A stretch of 54,896 nt of DNA, the filler included, from Jimgerdemannia flammicorona (Eukaryota): assembly GCA_003990765.1 (NCBI GenBank). It is 3 parts of 3 records of this genome, joined end to end, with 100 filler letters (N's around TTAATTAATTAA, not from the genome) between each part and the next. Parts side by side here need not be neighbours in the genome. Positions count along the whole stretch, not along the records: positions 36,667 to 54,896 come from RBNJ01002256.1; 2 more parts are not named here. The stretch is one strand, 5' to 3'. Both the position numbers and the translations under genes were made by a program. The notes beneath the pieces were generated by a model. That model was not told where the DNA came from and searched no databases. It saw only the letters and a program-made list of their open reading frames with translations. Each line of letters opens with the position of its first letter. The stretch's first letter is position 1. Below, piece by piece: positions 37,593-49,300 of this stretch.

Positions 37593-40500
37593 ATGGCAAA
37601 CCAACAGATTCTAGACCTCACAGCCCAAGTAGCTATAATGGCAGCAACTATTACTGCCTTAGCTGAACAGACCCAACCTACCAAAAATCTGAGCCTACCT
37701 ACCTTTAATGGTACTGCACAAGAAGTCCAAAGCTTCATTAGTGTAGTTGACACCAACTTTGAAGCCAATCAATGGACCAATGAGCAAGTTGCTGACTGCG
37801 TTCTGACAAACAATCAAGACCACACGCTGGAACAACTCTTTGCTACCACTACAGCCTATGTCCGCCGAGTTGTTACATTCTTCCGAGGACCTGCCGAAGA
37901 ATGGTGGCGAACCCTTTCTGAAAAACCCCTCACATGGGATACCTGACCTGCAGTAGTTGCTCAGAATGCAGCAAACAATGCCCCAGGATATGGAGCCCAT
38001 CCTGCAGCCCCTGGACTCAAATAACTCATGATTGCCCAATACCGCAGCGAAACCATGATTGCTGAATCTCAAGTAAAACTCCGCAACCTCAAATTCGACA
38101 TACATGGCAAAGAAGAATTTGAAACCTTCTGTACAAAACTCGAGTCACTCCTGAATACTGTTGGCCTAGGATACATTGCCAACGATGAAGCACGAAATAG
38201 TACAAGAGCAGACCATTTATTTGATGCCCTGCCTGAATGGCTTACTAGAAAAATCCGAGAACAAGGCCACCCAGTTGGTTGTGATCACCAACAATGGTGC
38301 CTAGCAAGAATCAAGACCATGGTCAAGCGAATCCTAACAGCTGGACCAATTCTGCCCCGAAGGCAATTCAATAACAAGGAAAAGACTTGGACCAAGAAAG
38401 AAGAACCCAGGCATGAAGCATCTTGAGCTCCCTCCACATCCACCTCTTGGACACCCAGAAATCATGAACCCACCCAGCCAAGTACCTTCAAGAAACTTAC
38501 TGAAGGCAAAAGAAATGAACTTTGAAGAAGCAGAGCATGCTTCTATTGCCAAAAGACAGAACACATGGCCAGTACCTGCCCCAACCGAAAACCCCAAACA
38601 GCAACACGAGCAACTGTTACCACTCTGCACCACCTCAACAACCTGACCACCAGAACACTAGACTTTGTCAAGTTAAGACAAACTGCTAAGGCCCCAACCA
38701 AAGGAAGTCAAAAAGTAGCTAGATATGACCTGTATGCCGCCGAAGAAGCCACAGTTTCCAACCGAGAAGTCAAACAAGTCTACACAGGAATCAGTATCCA
38801 AATCCCTGAAGGACATATTGGAAGAATATGCTGTCGCAGCAGCCTAGCACTGAAAGAACTCTCAGTAGAAGGAGGAGTCATTGACGAGGATTACACAGGC
38901 GAAATTATTGTCCTTATTCGAAACCACAGTTGGACACCCTTCAAGATCCCTATTGGCTTCTGCATTGCCCAGATTCTATTCGAAAAAATCGAGTCAACCC
39001 TGACAGTCAAAGAAGTCCCTGAATTATTGCCCACCATCCGAGGATCCAAAGGATTTGGCTCATCAAACAAGGCCCCAGCCCAACCTACCACAAGCAAAGA
39101 AGAACAATTCTACAAGAAGATCGAAGATAGATATGTACCAAGTGGCCGATGCCCTCATAGTATTGGAATGTACTCTTCCCGAATGATTGATGATTGCTTC
39201 TCTTGTGTCAACGAACTGGCTCAAAGAAGAATCAACAGAAGAAAAGCTCCTACAACTGAAATCACTAGCATTGGATCAGACAAACTGCTCACTCTTAAAG
39301 CTTTTGTCAACGGAGCACCTGTCAAGATTATAATAGACAGTGGTGCCTCAGGCAATTTCATCAATGAGGAGACAGCCAACAGACTCAAGGTCTTCACCTC
39401 CCCAGTACAGCAAACTCAAGCAGTTGCTACAGCTGATGGAACCTCACATGTTATTAGCAAAGAAGTCCGCAATCTACCCTTCTGAATTGGCGACTACCGA
39501 GTACATGTTACCCTCCAAATCGTACCACTTCCTGACAATGAAATCATCCTTGGGACTCTATGGTTAAAACAAGAGAACCCCATGATTGATTGGGTAAACC
39601 ATTCTCTGACCATCAAGAAAGGACACCACAACTTCAAACTACAAGGCGAAAAGGACCCACTCAACTCTGGTGACTCTGGACCAAAGATCACCCACATTAA
39701 CAAGCTACAACTCAAGAAATTGGCCAAGAAATGCCCTCTCTTCGCCATCTCCATCTGACCATCCAAAGGAGAACCTGAGAACTCTGAAGAAGATTTTTTC
39801 AAAGTTGACAGCCATGTCAGACCACTACTTCAGAAATTCCAAAACATATTCCCAAAGAAGCTCCCGAAAGGCCTACCTCCCAAACGAGCAGTAGACCATG
39901 CAATCAAGACTATCCCAGATGCCAAACCAGCCTTCAAGTCAATCTATCACATGTCTCCGAGAGAAATTGATGCACTCAAGAAGGAAATCGACGAACTCCT
40001 AGAACAAGGATTCATCAGACCTAGCGTATCACCCTATGGTGCACCAGTCCTCTTTGTTGTCAAGAAAGGAGGAGACCTACGAATGTGCATTGACTACCAC
40101 GATCTCAATGAACAGACCATCAAGAATTGTTGCCCACTACCGAGGATCGATGAAATATTCGATAGACTTACCAACTCACAATTCATGAGCTCTTTTGACC
40201 TGCGAAATAGTTACTGGCAAATTGCCATGAAAGAAGAAGATATCTACAAGACAGCCTTCCGAACTTGCTATGGACACTTCGAGTTCCTGGTTATGCCCTT
40301 TGGCTTAACTAATGCTCCAGCAACCTTCCAGACACTGATGAATACTATTCTGCATCCATACTTAGACAAATTCGTTGTTGTCTACATTGACAACATCCTA
40401 GTCTTCAGCAAAACCCTGGAGGAACATCTCGAACACCTTGAACTAGTACTACTGAAACTCCGAGAAAACCGACTCTTTGCAAAACTCAGCAAGTGTGAAT

Positions 40501-42701
40501 TTCTTCTGAAAGAAATTCAATTCCTTGGACACATTGTCACTCCAAATGGAATCAAAGTGGACCCCAGCAAAATCTCTGCAATCAAAGATTGGCCCAGACC
40601 GAAGAAGCTGAAAGACCTCCAGTCATTCCTGGGATTAGCAAACTATTACAGGCGATTTGTTGCCAACTTCGCTAAAATCGCTACTGCCCTCAACCAAATG
40701 ACCAAGCACAACAACAAACAAGAGAAAGACTTCAACAATCTTGAAAATTGGGGACCCAAACAAGATACTGCCTTCCAAGCACTGAAAGATGCTCTGATAA
40801 CTACACCAGTACTTCAAGCGGCAAACCCTGCCCTACCATATGAAGTCACCACTGATGCCTCTGACCTAGCTCTTAGAGCAGTACTCATGCAAGAAGGACA
40901 CCCTGTGGCCTATCACTCCTGCAAGTTCAATGATGCCGAAATCAACTACGCAACTCACGAGAAGGAAATGCTAGCCATCATAGACACTCTGATCAAATGG
41001 CGACCATACCTAGAAGGAGCACACTTCACTGTATTGACTGACTACAAGTCATTAGTCAACATCAAGACACAGGCTACCCTTTCCCGAAAGCAAGCTAGAT
41101 GGATGAAAGTCCTCACCAACTTTGACTATGAAATTCAGTACCGCCCTGGCAAGGAAAATATTGTTGCCGATGTAATCTCCAGACCACCAATCGAAGAGAT
41201 TATCCAAACTCTGACCTTGGTTACTAACACTATCATGGAACAAATCATTGCAGCATGTGTTGATGATAAAGAAGCTCAAACACTCCAAGAAATCCTGAAC
41301 AATGATGATGCTGACAAGTATACCCGGTACAATCAATACCAACTCAAGGACAATACTATCTACTACAAGGACAGATTGTATGTTCCAAACAACTGAGACC
41401 TCCGAAGGACTATCTTATTCGAATGTCATGATGCCCCTACAGCTGGACATTTAGGATTTGATAAATGTTACGAAGTTATCTCCCAAAACTTCTATTGGTC
41501 CCATATGGCAGATCAGCTCAAGACCTACATCACTTCCTGTGATGCCTGCCAATGAAACAAGTCCTCAACATTAGCAAAACCCGGCTTACTTCACCCTATC
41601 CCAGTACTATCCACAAATTGGGAACAAATCTCTATGGACTTCATTATACAACTACCCCAAACCAAGAACGGGAAAAATGCAATTGTTGTCTTTGTGGACT
41701 ATCTCAGCAAACAAGCCCACCTTGTGCCTACTACCACTACTGCAACAGCACCAGACATAGCCACACTCTTGTTTGACAACATCTTCTGCTATCATGATCT
41801 TCCCAAGATCATTGTTAGTGACCGAGACCTGAAATTCACCAGCCATTTTTGGAAAGCCCTCCATGCACACCTTGGAACGAAACTTGCACTATCCACAGCC
41901 TTTCATCCTGAAACCGATGGCCAAACCAAAAGAATGAACTGAACTCTGGAACAAATGCTAAGGAACTATGTCTCCTACAGACAAGATGATTGGCATGAAC
42001 ACCTCACCGCAGTCGAGTTTGCCTATAACAATAGCAAGCAAGCCTCTCTAGGAATGACCCCATTCTTCACTAATACTGGACAAAACCCAAACACCCCTTT
42101 GACACTTATCCAAACCACTGAAGAACCCTCCACAGTCGAAGCCGTTGAAGAATTCCTACTCCGAATGCGCAATCTAAGCCAGATCGCAATTGAGAATTTA
42201 TCACGAGCACAAGAACAACAGTCACAGTATGTTAACCAACACCGCCGAGAAGAAACCTTTGATATTGGAGAAAAAGTTCTACTGGACATCAGAGGATACT
42301 GAGTTGACAACCTCAAGTACAGACCATCTACAAAGCTGAACAGTAAGTTCATTGGACCATTTGAAGTCGTTACATAAGTCTCTCCAACCTCCTACAAACT
42401 GGCACTACCAGACACCATTAAGATTCATCCAGTCTTTAATGTTCAATGTCTCAAGCGATACAATGACAATGATGACGAGCTATTTCCAAATTGGACCACC
42501 AAACCACCTGCACCTGTCATTATTAATGACCAAGAAGAGTATGAAGTTGAACAAATTCTCAACAAGCATAGCAACAAGAACCATCCTGAGTACCTTGTCA
42601 AATGGAAAGGTTACCCGATCCATGATGCAACCTGGGAACCCAAGACCAATCTCCAGAATGCTACCAACCTAGTTCAGGAATATGATTCCTTGAACAACTA
42701 G
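37593..42701 (+). pseudogene. Single-frame Gag-dUTPase-PR-RT-RNaseH-IN-chromodomain polyprotein (about 1700 codons, about 11 nonsense transitions, no frameshift)
   Basis: All ORF pieces start at positions divisible by 3. Motifs: CFYCQKTEHMASTC (38538-38579), [29 protein letters not shown] (YIDD in copy B), TDASD, H..GH...CDAC, MDFI...SDRD...FHPETDGQT, GPF, EEYEVEQIL...YLVKWKGY....ATWEP. Confidence 0.95.
38658..39065 (+). other. dut: dUTPase domain between the Gag zinc knuckle and the protease
   Basis: Motifs 1-5: ARYDL (G in copy A), RSSLA, GGVIDEDYTGEI, IAQ, RGSKGFGSS. Confidence 0.95.
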
Positions 42702-43112
42702 AACCAAATACTCTGTACCTATCCATACATACTATATATTACCCTCCTGAACATTATAACTATCACGAACCAAGTCAAGAACTCAGCAAAACAAGATAAG
42801 AATACCGACCCTCTGGAAAAATAGCAAAACTGAAAGCAAGCGTATTCTCCCTGTACCACTGGTGGGAAATAAGGCATAGACATTTAAGAAGATTCCTTAG
42901 AGGAAATTCTCCAGTAGTGAATGACATCAGAATCACTTCCGGCGCACGGTATTGAATACACGACCCTTTAACGTGTGAATCCAACGTATTAGGCAACTGT
43001 ACTACAAGCATGCCACTTTCTGAGAAAATGGACCTTACCGGACTTTTGACCTCCCAAATGGTGTAACAACACTAGAACAAATTAGAAGGCCCCGACGAGG
43101 ACGTCGAAAGCT

Positions 43113-43125
43113 AAGAAGGGGAGAG
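43113..43125 (+). other. Polypurine tract of copy C
   Basis: AAGAAGGGGAGAG lies 1 nt before TGTAAG. Confidence 0.88.
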
Positions 43126-43325
43126 TTGTAAGCGCACAACCTCCAAGCCACCGAAATTACACGTCACCCTCTGAACAAGCCACTGAAATACATATGACCT
43201 CTGAACTAATCTGGAAATCACCTGCTTGATCACAAAGCTGAGTCAATACGAAGTCACAGAACACAAGATCTACACAAACGGAACCTTACCAATCAGGACC
43301 AAATGCATATATACTAAGCACCGAG

Positions 43326-44480
43326 ATGCGTCGAATCAGAGAACCAAAACAAACAACAACCACAACTTCCAAACACACAAACATGACCACTGAGATCTAC
43401 AACCATATCTGCGCTGACATTTGGAATGCCATTGTCAACCGAGCCACACCCCCTTTGCCCCTCATGAATATCCATAGCCTGGCACCCCTCTACTTCATGG
43501 AAGCCCGATGGAACGCCCTGAACATGCTTAGCGAGGTCCACCGAATCGGACAAATCTCAAGCTACTACCAGATTGGCCGCCTCCTAGATGACATGGTCGA
43601 ACACCACCATGATATAGATATTACCCAGATGTCTCAACACCAGAAGCTCATCGCCCACAAACATCGAGAACTCTTCTATGAGTACAACACCTTTATTTCC
43701 CGCCTCCGAGTTACTACCAGCGAAATGGTTGCTATCCTGTCCTATGGCCAAATCGATGACATGATACAAGAACTCAACCACAAGTACCTCGAATACGTCC
43801 AGACTACAGACAGAACCTTCCCGCACCCTGATGACCATATTCTGCAAATGCCTCAAGTCGGATACGCCATGAAGGACATCTACGATATAATCCACTTCGA
43901 CGAAGATGAAGTAGAAGACAATGATTTCTCTAATGCTGACATAACCTCTAGCCAAGGATCTCTGCCAACCCTGATCACTCTGCCAACCTTGCCGATGAAC
44001 TTACAACAGTTCATAACAGTATACGAGACTTATTGGGACAATGACCACTGGCACGAATACCAATCCGCATTTACCCCCAATTACTTCAATTACAATGAAG
44101 AGACCAGAGAACACAACCTGTACCTCCAAATAACCCTAGAGATCGAACCAACAACCCCACCATCTGAGTATGAGCGACATGAACCACAGCCACTGGCTTA
44201 CTACAACTCTGCGACTCATAGTGCTGTAACCTATAGAAGGTATGCAGATAGCAAATCTGATGAAAGCGAAGACAATACACCCATCCTTTGCCCACCAACA
44301 CCTTATCCAGCATATGAAACAGACGATGCTATCCTGTGGGATGGAGATGAAGTTCCAATGTATTATTACCTCAGCGAACAAGGAGAAGTAATCCGTGAAC
44401 CATTATTCCTAGATGACTACTTCATCAGAGATGATACAATCAATGGTGATGTCATCAAAGACTACCCAGATAGTGCCTAA
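43326..44480 (+). CDS. LTR-encoded protein of unknown function (384 aa; conserved start probably ATG 43383, 365 aa)
   Basis: Intact ORF lying wholly inside the LTR. Its length is conserved in copy B. The protein is acidic and Tyr/His/Asp-rich, with no obvious signal peptide or transmembrane segment. Confidence 0.8.
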   Translation: MRRIREPKQTTTTTSKHTNMTTEIYNHICADIWNAIVNRATPPLPLMNIHSLAPLYFMEARWNALNMLSEVHRIGQISSYYQIGRLLDDMVEHHHDIDITQMSQHQKLIAHKHRELFYEYNTFISRLRVTTSEMVAILSYGQIDDMIQELNHKYLEYVQTTDRTFPHPDDHILQMPQVGYAMKDIYDIIHFDEDEVEDNDFSNADITSSQGSLPTLITLPTLPMNLQQFITVYETYWDNDHWHEYQSAFTPNYFNYNEETREHNLYLQITLEIEPTTPPSEYERHEPQPLAYYNSATHSAVTYRRYADSKSDESEDNTPILCPPTPYPAYETDDAILWDGDEVPMYYYLSEQGEVIREPLFLDDYFIRDDTINGDVIKDYPDSA

Positions 44481-44671
44481 AAACCTATAAATAGTCTAGC
44501 AGTCATAGTATAGATAGATTAGCCTTGTACGATGTGACTGTGAACTGACTCAGCAGTCAGACGATCTCTTGACATGTCAGATCACACTTGTACTATGTGA
44601 CTGCATTCCGACTCAGCAAGACACTTAGTGCTACATCCATATTCAGCATAGTCCAGATAGCCCCTCACTAG

Positions 44672-44679
44672 TATAAATA
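44672..44679 (+). promoter_or_regulatory. LTR TATA box
   Basis: TATAAATA followed by a C-rich tract, conserved in all three LTRs (9763 on +; about 1490-1497 on -). Confidence 0.7.
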
Positions 44680-44796
44680 CCCCCTCCCCCAGACCTCAGA
44701 ATCTCAGACTTGAACAATCCGAACACAACTCCTGAGCACTTCCCCACAATATCCCTTTACACAAATACTCCTAGTATAGCAATATCATGAATAGCA

Positions 44797-44802
44797 AATA
44801 AA
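44797..44802 (+). promoter_or_regulatory. Candidate LTR polyadenylation signal
   Basis: AATAAA about 120 nt downstream of the TATA box, conserved in all three LTRs. Confidence 0.5.
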
Positions 44803-46354
44803 CCTATTCTATAACCCACAAACCACTCTTAAGTAAATCCGCTCCCTGTTAGGTCCTACTCCTAACCCTGTCACGAAATTTCCTAATTGGGTATTGTCTG
44901 TAGCAATATGCCAATTCAACTAAGCTGGTCTTAGTTTCTTGAACTTCCTGAAATACAGAAAATCCTGAACATCCAGAACTAGTCTGGAAAAGAACTTTGG
45001 TTGAGACATCAACCCGATCTTGAAATCAATAAGCGTAGAGGACGTACTCTATACGAAATTGATCTTGACCATAAGAAAACAGTCTTCCAGAATATCCAGA
45101 ACTTCCAGAAAACCTTCTAGAACTATGTAATGGCTACCCTAAAAAGTAACCCTCTTACAATAAGAGTTAAAATACCAGAACTCCAATATATTCTCTCTTA
45201 TATAATTACTTTTCTTTAATAGGCTTCTCTATTTCATTTCATTTATTTTTATTTTGGAGGCTGAAAAGTAATAGATAGAATAAAGAAGAGGAGAGAAAAG
45301 AGTAATTGAATAGAGATTAATAGAATCTATCTAGTATCTTGCAGATCTCACCAAACTATATTAATACCTTTCTTTATCTTCTCTATCCCTATGACTTTAC
45401 AGAACCTGTTTAATATCTATCTTCATCTAGTCTATAATTAGTACTATAAGTAAGCCTGTCTCATTTAGCATTAATAATATATCTTGTTCTATACCTATAT
45501 TGTCATTCTGATAAAGAATAGCAACTGTGAAACTCTGTAGTTATCTTGATATATATATACTTATAACAGTACAGAACATATATTAAGAATATAGGTAGGA
45601 GACAAGATAGAGATGAGCAGAGCAGAATGGCTATTATGTAGGTAGAAAGAGAGTTGTAAGTAAGATTGTAGATAGAGACAGGGTTAGTATGAAGTCTAGA
45701 TCAGTTTAACTCAATATGATAATTATAGAGTTGAAATAAAAACATAGTATGGCCATAGCCATATCAATATATAAATAAATTAAATAAAGAGATTATTGAT
45801 AAAAAAAGACTTCATTATAAGTTTTATGAAGATTGTACTAGTAGGTTTTATGATAGGACTAAGTTATATATTATAATATAACAGATGCTTAACTTAGAAA
45901 ATATAATAAATTTCTTTATCTAGGTTTCTTGATCTTCTTAAGTTCAAAGATATATCTGCCTATAAGTAATTTAGTTTTTTTGAACTATTTTGATCTGAGG
46001 TTTATTTACTCTAAAATACTAGATTATTTATATAAGTTTTTTTAACTATATGATGACTAAGTTATGAGTCAGTTATTGCAATCCTCAATATTATTAAGAT
46101 TTCAATTTATTGTAATCTCAATATTATTGACAATTATATTTGAGAATCAGATTCAGATACTACAATCAAATATCTATCTCCTTGATTGTTCTTAATTTGA
46201 ATCATATATCACAATATATAAATAAAATAATACTAAGTATCATTACTATACTTTAATCACTCTAACTCACATTATAATATATATTAGCACTACCACTATT
46301 CTGATCACTATACTGATAACTCTAATAGGCAAATCACTCATACTAACAAATAGA

Positions 46355-49300
46355 CTCTTTCTGATATATCTCATATTATACAAATATATATCACCTACTT
46401 TTATACCATTTTTTGGAGAAATATCTTAAGAATATATCCTCAAATTAGAGTTCTACAGAGTATACTAAGCAGGATAGACTCAGTGCATTCAGCTAGCAGT
46501 ATGTGGGGAGGGGTCAGAGAGTAGGTTTGGAGATGCTGAGTACTTTGTTTTTTTTTTTTTTTTTTTTTTATAGTCTCTTAGACTTCTTTCTTTATTAATA
46601 TACCTATCTATCTTATATAATATACTGAACCCTCCCCTTATCTGATCCTCCTAGAAGGCCCCCTCTCCTCCTATACTCTCTCAATTAAAGACTACTAGAT
46701 TATTAATCATTGCTACCTGCCCATCACTCTGTTCACAGATCCCTTCTACCAGATAGTGATAGCACTCACTCTGGGGGCTCCAACCAACCCACTACCCTTT
46801 CAGCAAATCTCCCATCAACTCCTTCCATCTTAATAACTTCTCCTGCAGACCCAGCTATCACCTCTCTTCAAAAACAAAGAGTCAATATCCAGCCAACCCA
46901 ACTTATACAGCTAAAACCCACCCTACAGTGAGCCATTTATTGTCTACACTATCTACTAACCTAGATTTCAAATCTTTCCAGTAATCTCTCTCCCCATCTG
47001 GTCTCCTCTTTACACCCAGCTGGTCTCCTACTACTATCCAAAAGTTTCTCAGAACCTTACACTCTTCTAGCCAATATTCTGGTATCTGTACAAATCTCCC
47101 AACTTATTTCACATTGTAATACTCCTCACACTCTAATTGTCCACTAACTACTAAATGATAAGTATGAAAATTCAACATGATATTCCTCTGCAGTATCTGT
47201 TATCATACTATCCAAAACTTGGAAGGAAGCCACCTCCACACCTCAGCACTCTATAACCAGATATCTACTCAGTCTCATTCTTTACCAATCCTCACTGTCT
47301 GTCAACTGCTTGGTCAAAGATCCTGACCAAGTCCCTGCTGACACTCTACTCCATTACTAATATCAAACTCAGTAAGTAGAGTACTTCCCAAAAGCAATCT
47401 GTCTTACTGCCACATAGCTGGTCCCCATAGCATCTTCCCCTTATTACTATGCTAGTGCAGACCAATACAGTGTACTCCATCCACTACCCCCTACCAGAAG
47501 TCTTTATACCTTAGCTGTCAGCTCCCACCCAGGTTTACCAGAGATAGCAAATCTCTTGAGGACCCTTGTGGGGAGAATCTCATCTCCCACACCTTCTGTA
47601 TTAGTGGCACCCAACTCTCTCCCTACAGTTCAATAGTCTATTTCAATCACTAAGCTCTCAGGCAGTACAGCCTTCTAGGAAAATCCACCAGTCCTAGTCC
47701 CTCATGAACCACTGACATTACAAGGGTATCTCAACTGATCTGAGACCATCTCTCTGTCCAAATCCAGTCCCTTACCAGTTTCATTAGTCTCTTTACCACC
47801 CAAGCTAGAAAATCCAAGTGATGAGCAATATACCATAGCTTGGGGAATCAGTAGATATTCAGAATTAATACCTGGTCTACTAGAGAGATATATTGACCTC
47901 ACCAACCTCTAAGAGCTTTCTCCCAGATATCCACCCTACTCTCCCACCACACTCATGATAAGACAGATCCATATACTGAAAGGTAGATATCTAAATACTG
48001 CACTACTTCTTCTGTCAGGACAATTGTTCCAATGATATCTCCTCCTACTAGCTCATTTTCCAACACCATTGTCTCACACTTATGCCAGTTGAGTTTTGCT
48101 CTAGAGTGTGTCTCATACCATTCCACCATTTCCTTAAGTACCCTAACATCTGCTACTAAACCAAGTCCAACTACTATGTCATCTACAAAGGCCCCCACCT
48201 TCTATACTACACTATAGATAGAGAGCCCTACTACCTTCTATCAAATCCTATCTATTAAAGGTTCTAATGAAAGAGTATAGAGAATCAGAGACAGTGGATC
48301 TCCCTGAGGAACCCCTCTCCCCAAGGAGAATACTAGACCCCAGTGACCATTGCACATCAGAACCACCCTACTACCCTCTAACAGATTCAATATAGAAGCT
48401 CAAAATTATAGAGAAATACTAATTCTATTCAGTACCTTGCCCAGCCACACCTGCCAAATACAGTCATAAACCTTCTCTTGGTCTAAAAAAAATAGTCTTC
48501 TATTCAATTCACTAGCCTGTGCCCCTTCAATGATAGTATAAACTTAGGCCATTCTATCTCTTATAAGTCTACCTCCAACAAAGCTCTGCTGCTCCTCACC
48601 TAGTACCTATTGGATAACCTTCTATAATCTCATGACAATCACCTTAGTTACCAACTTTCTATCTATATCCAGAAACATTATTAGTCTCTAGTTCTTCCAG
48701 TCCTCCCTCCTTCTCTTGTCCTTGTACAATAAGGCCACCAACTCTAAGTCCTGCTCTCCAACCTACTCACTCTTCAGAAGAATGAGGTCACATAGGGCTG
48801 CCATCTCTCCTAACATACCAGGGACCTTTGCCATCTTCTTTCAAAAGTTCCAAGGTAGCCCATCTTCTCCTAGTGCTATCCTAAGCTTAGTTGCTGCAAG
48901 AACTCTCTGGATCTCCTCCTCTTAGACTGGTAGGATCAAGTCTCTAAGGCCCTCTACTTGTAGCAGTTCCCAATCCTCCAGTATATCTCCAATTGCCTCC
49001 TCATCAGCACCCCCTTTCTCCTCACTCTACAGACCCCTTCACCACTCCTTTAGTAACCCCAAGATCTGTTGCATGCCATATACCATTTCTCTCTCAGCAT
49101 CAAGGACTCCATCCCATCAATATCACACCCTTCTAGCCTAGAGGAGCCTTGACAAGTATCTAGTAGGCCTCTCTTCCTCCTCAAGCCCCTGTTACCTCAG
49201 CCTAGCTACCATTTCTTTCATATATATCTCCTTCTCCTCTCTTAATACCTGTTATAGCTCTACTACTTCCAATTTTGCTCATACCAACCTCTAATCATCC

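Larger units (their letters stand above)
36667..45159 (+). mobile_element. Gypsy chromodomain LTR retrotransposon, copy C (least mutated; 5' LTR missing at the gap)
   Basis: Starts about 35 nt downstream of the LTR end by comparison with copy B. Complete polyprotein frame, PPT and 3' LTR. Confidence 0.97.
43127..45159 (+). repeat. 3' LTR of copy C (2033 bp)
   Basis: TGTAAG...CTTACA terminal inverted repeat. Both boundaries coincide with those of the LTRs of copies A and B. Confidence 0.95.

Noticed and set aside
37944..42377. Programmed readthrough or an alternative genetic code for the in-frame TGA/TAA codons
   Set aside because: At the sites compared, other copies have CGA or CAA, so these are C>T mutations.
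43314..44381. Minus-strand ORFs inside the LTR, and their equivalents at 1663-2584 and 8383-8949
   Set aside because: They are short antisense shadows of the LTR ORF; recurrence only reflects the repeated LTR.
43326..44480. Calling the 384-aa ORF env
   Set aside because: It lies downstream of the PPT inside the LTR, and shows no signal peptide or transmembrane helix.
8216..45164. Copies B and C as two ends of one giant element
   Set aside because: The flanks ATATC and ATAAG do not match, both copies have their own gag-pol, and diagnostic indels place them in different subfamilies.
45160..46350. AT-rich stretches (also 252-996, 16756-17500, 25400-26360) as host genes
   Set aside because: They are TpA-saturated and stop-rich with no recognisable motifs. 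They are probably ancient repeat relics, but I could not assign them.
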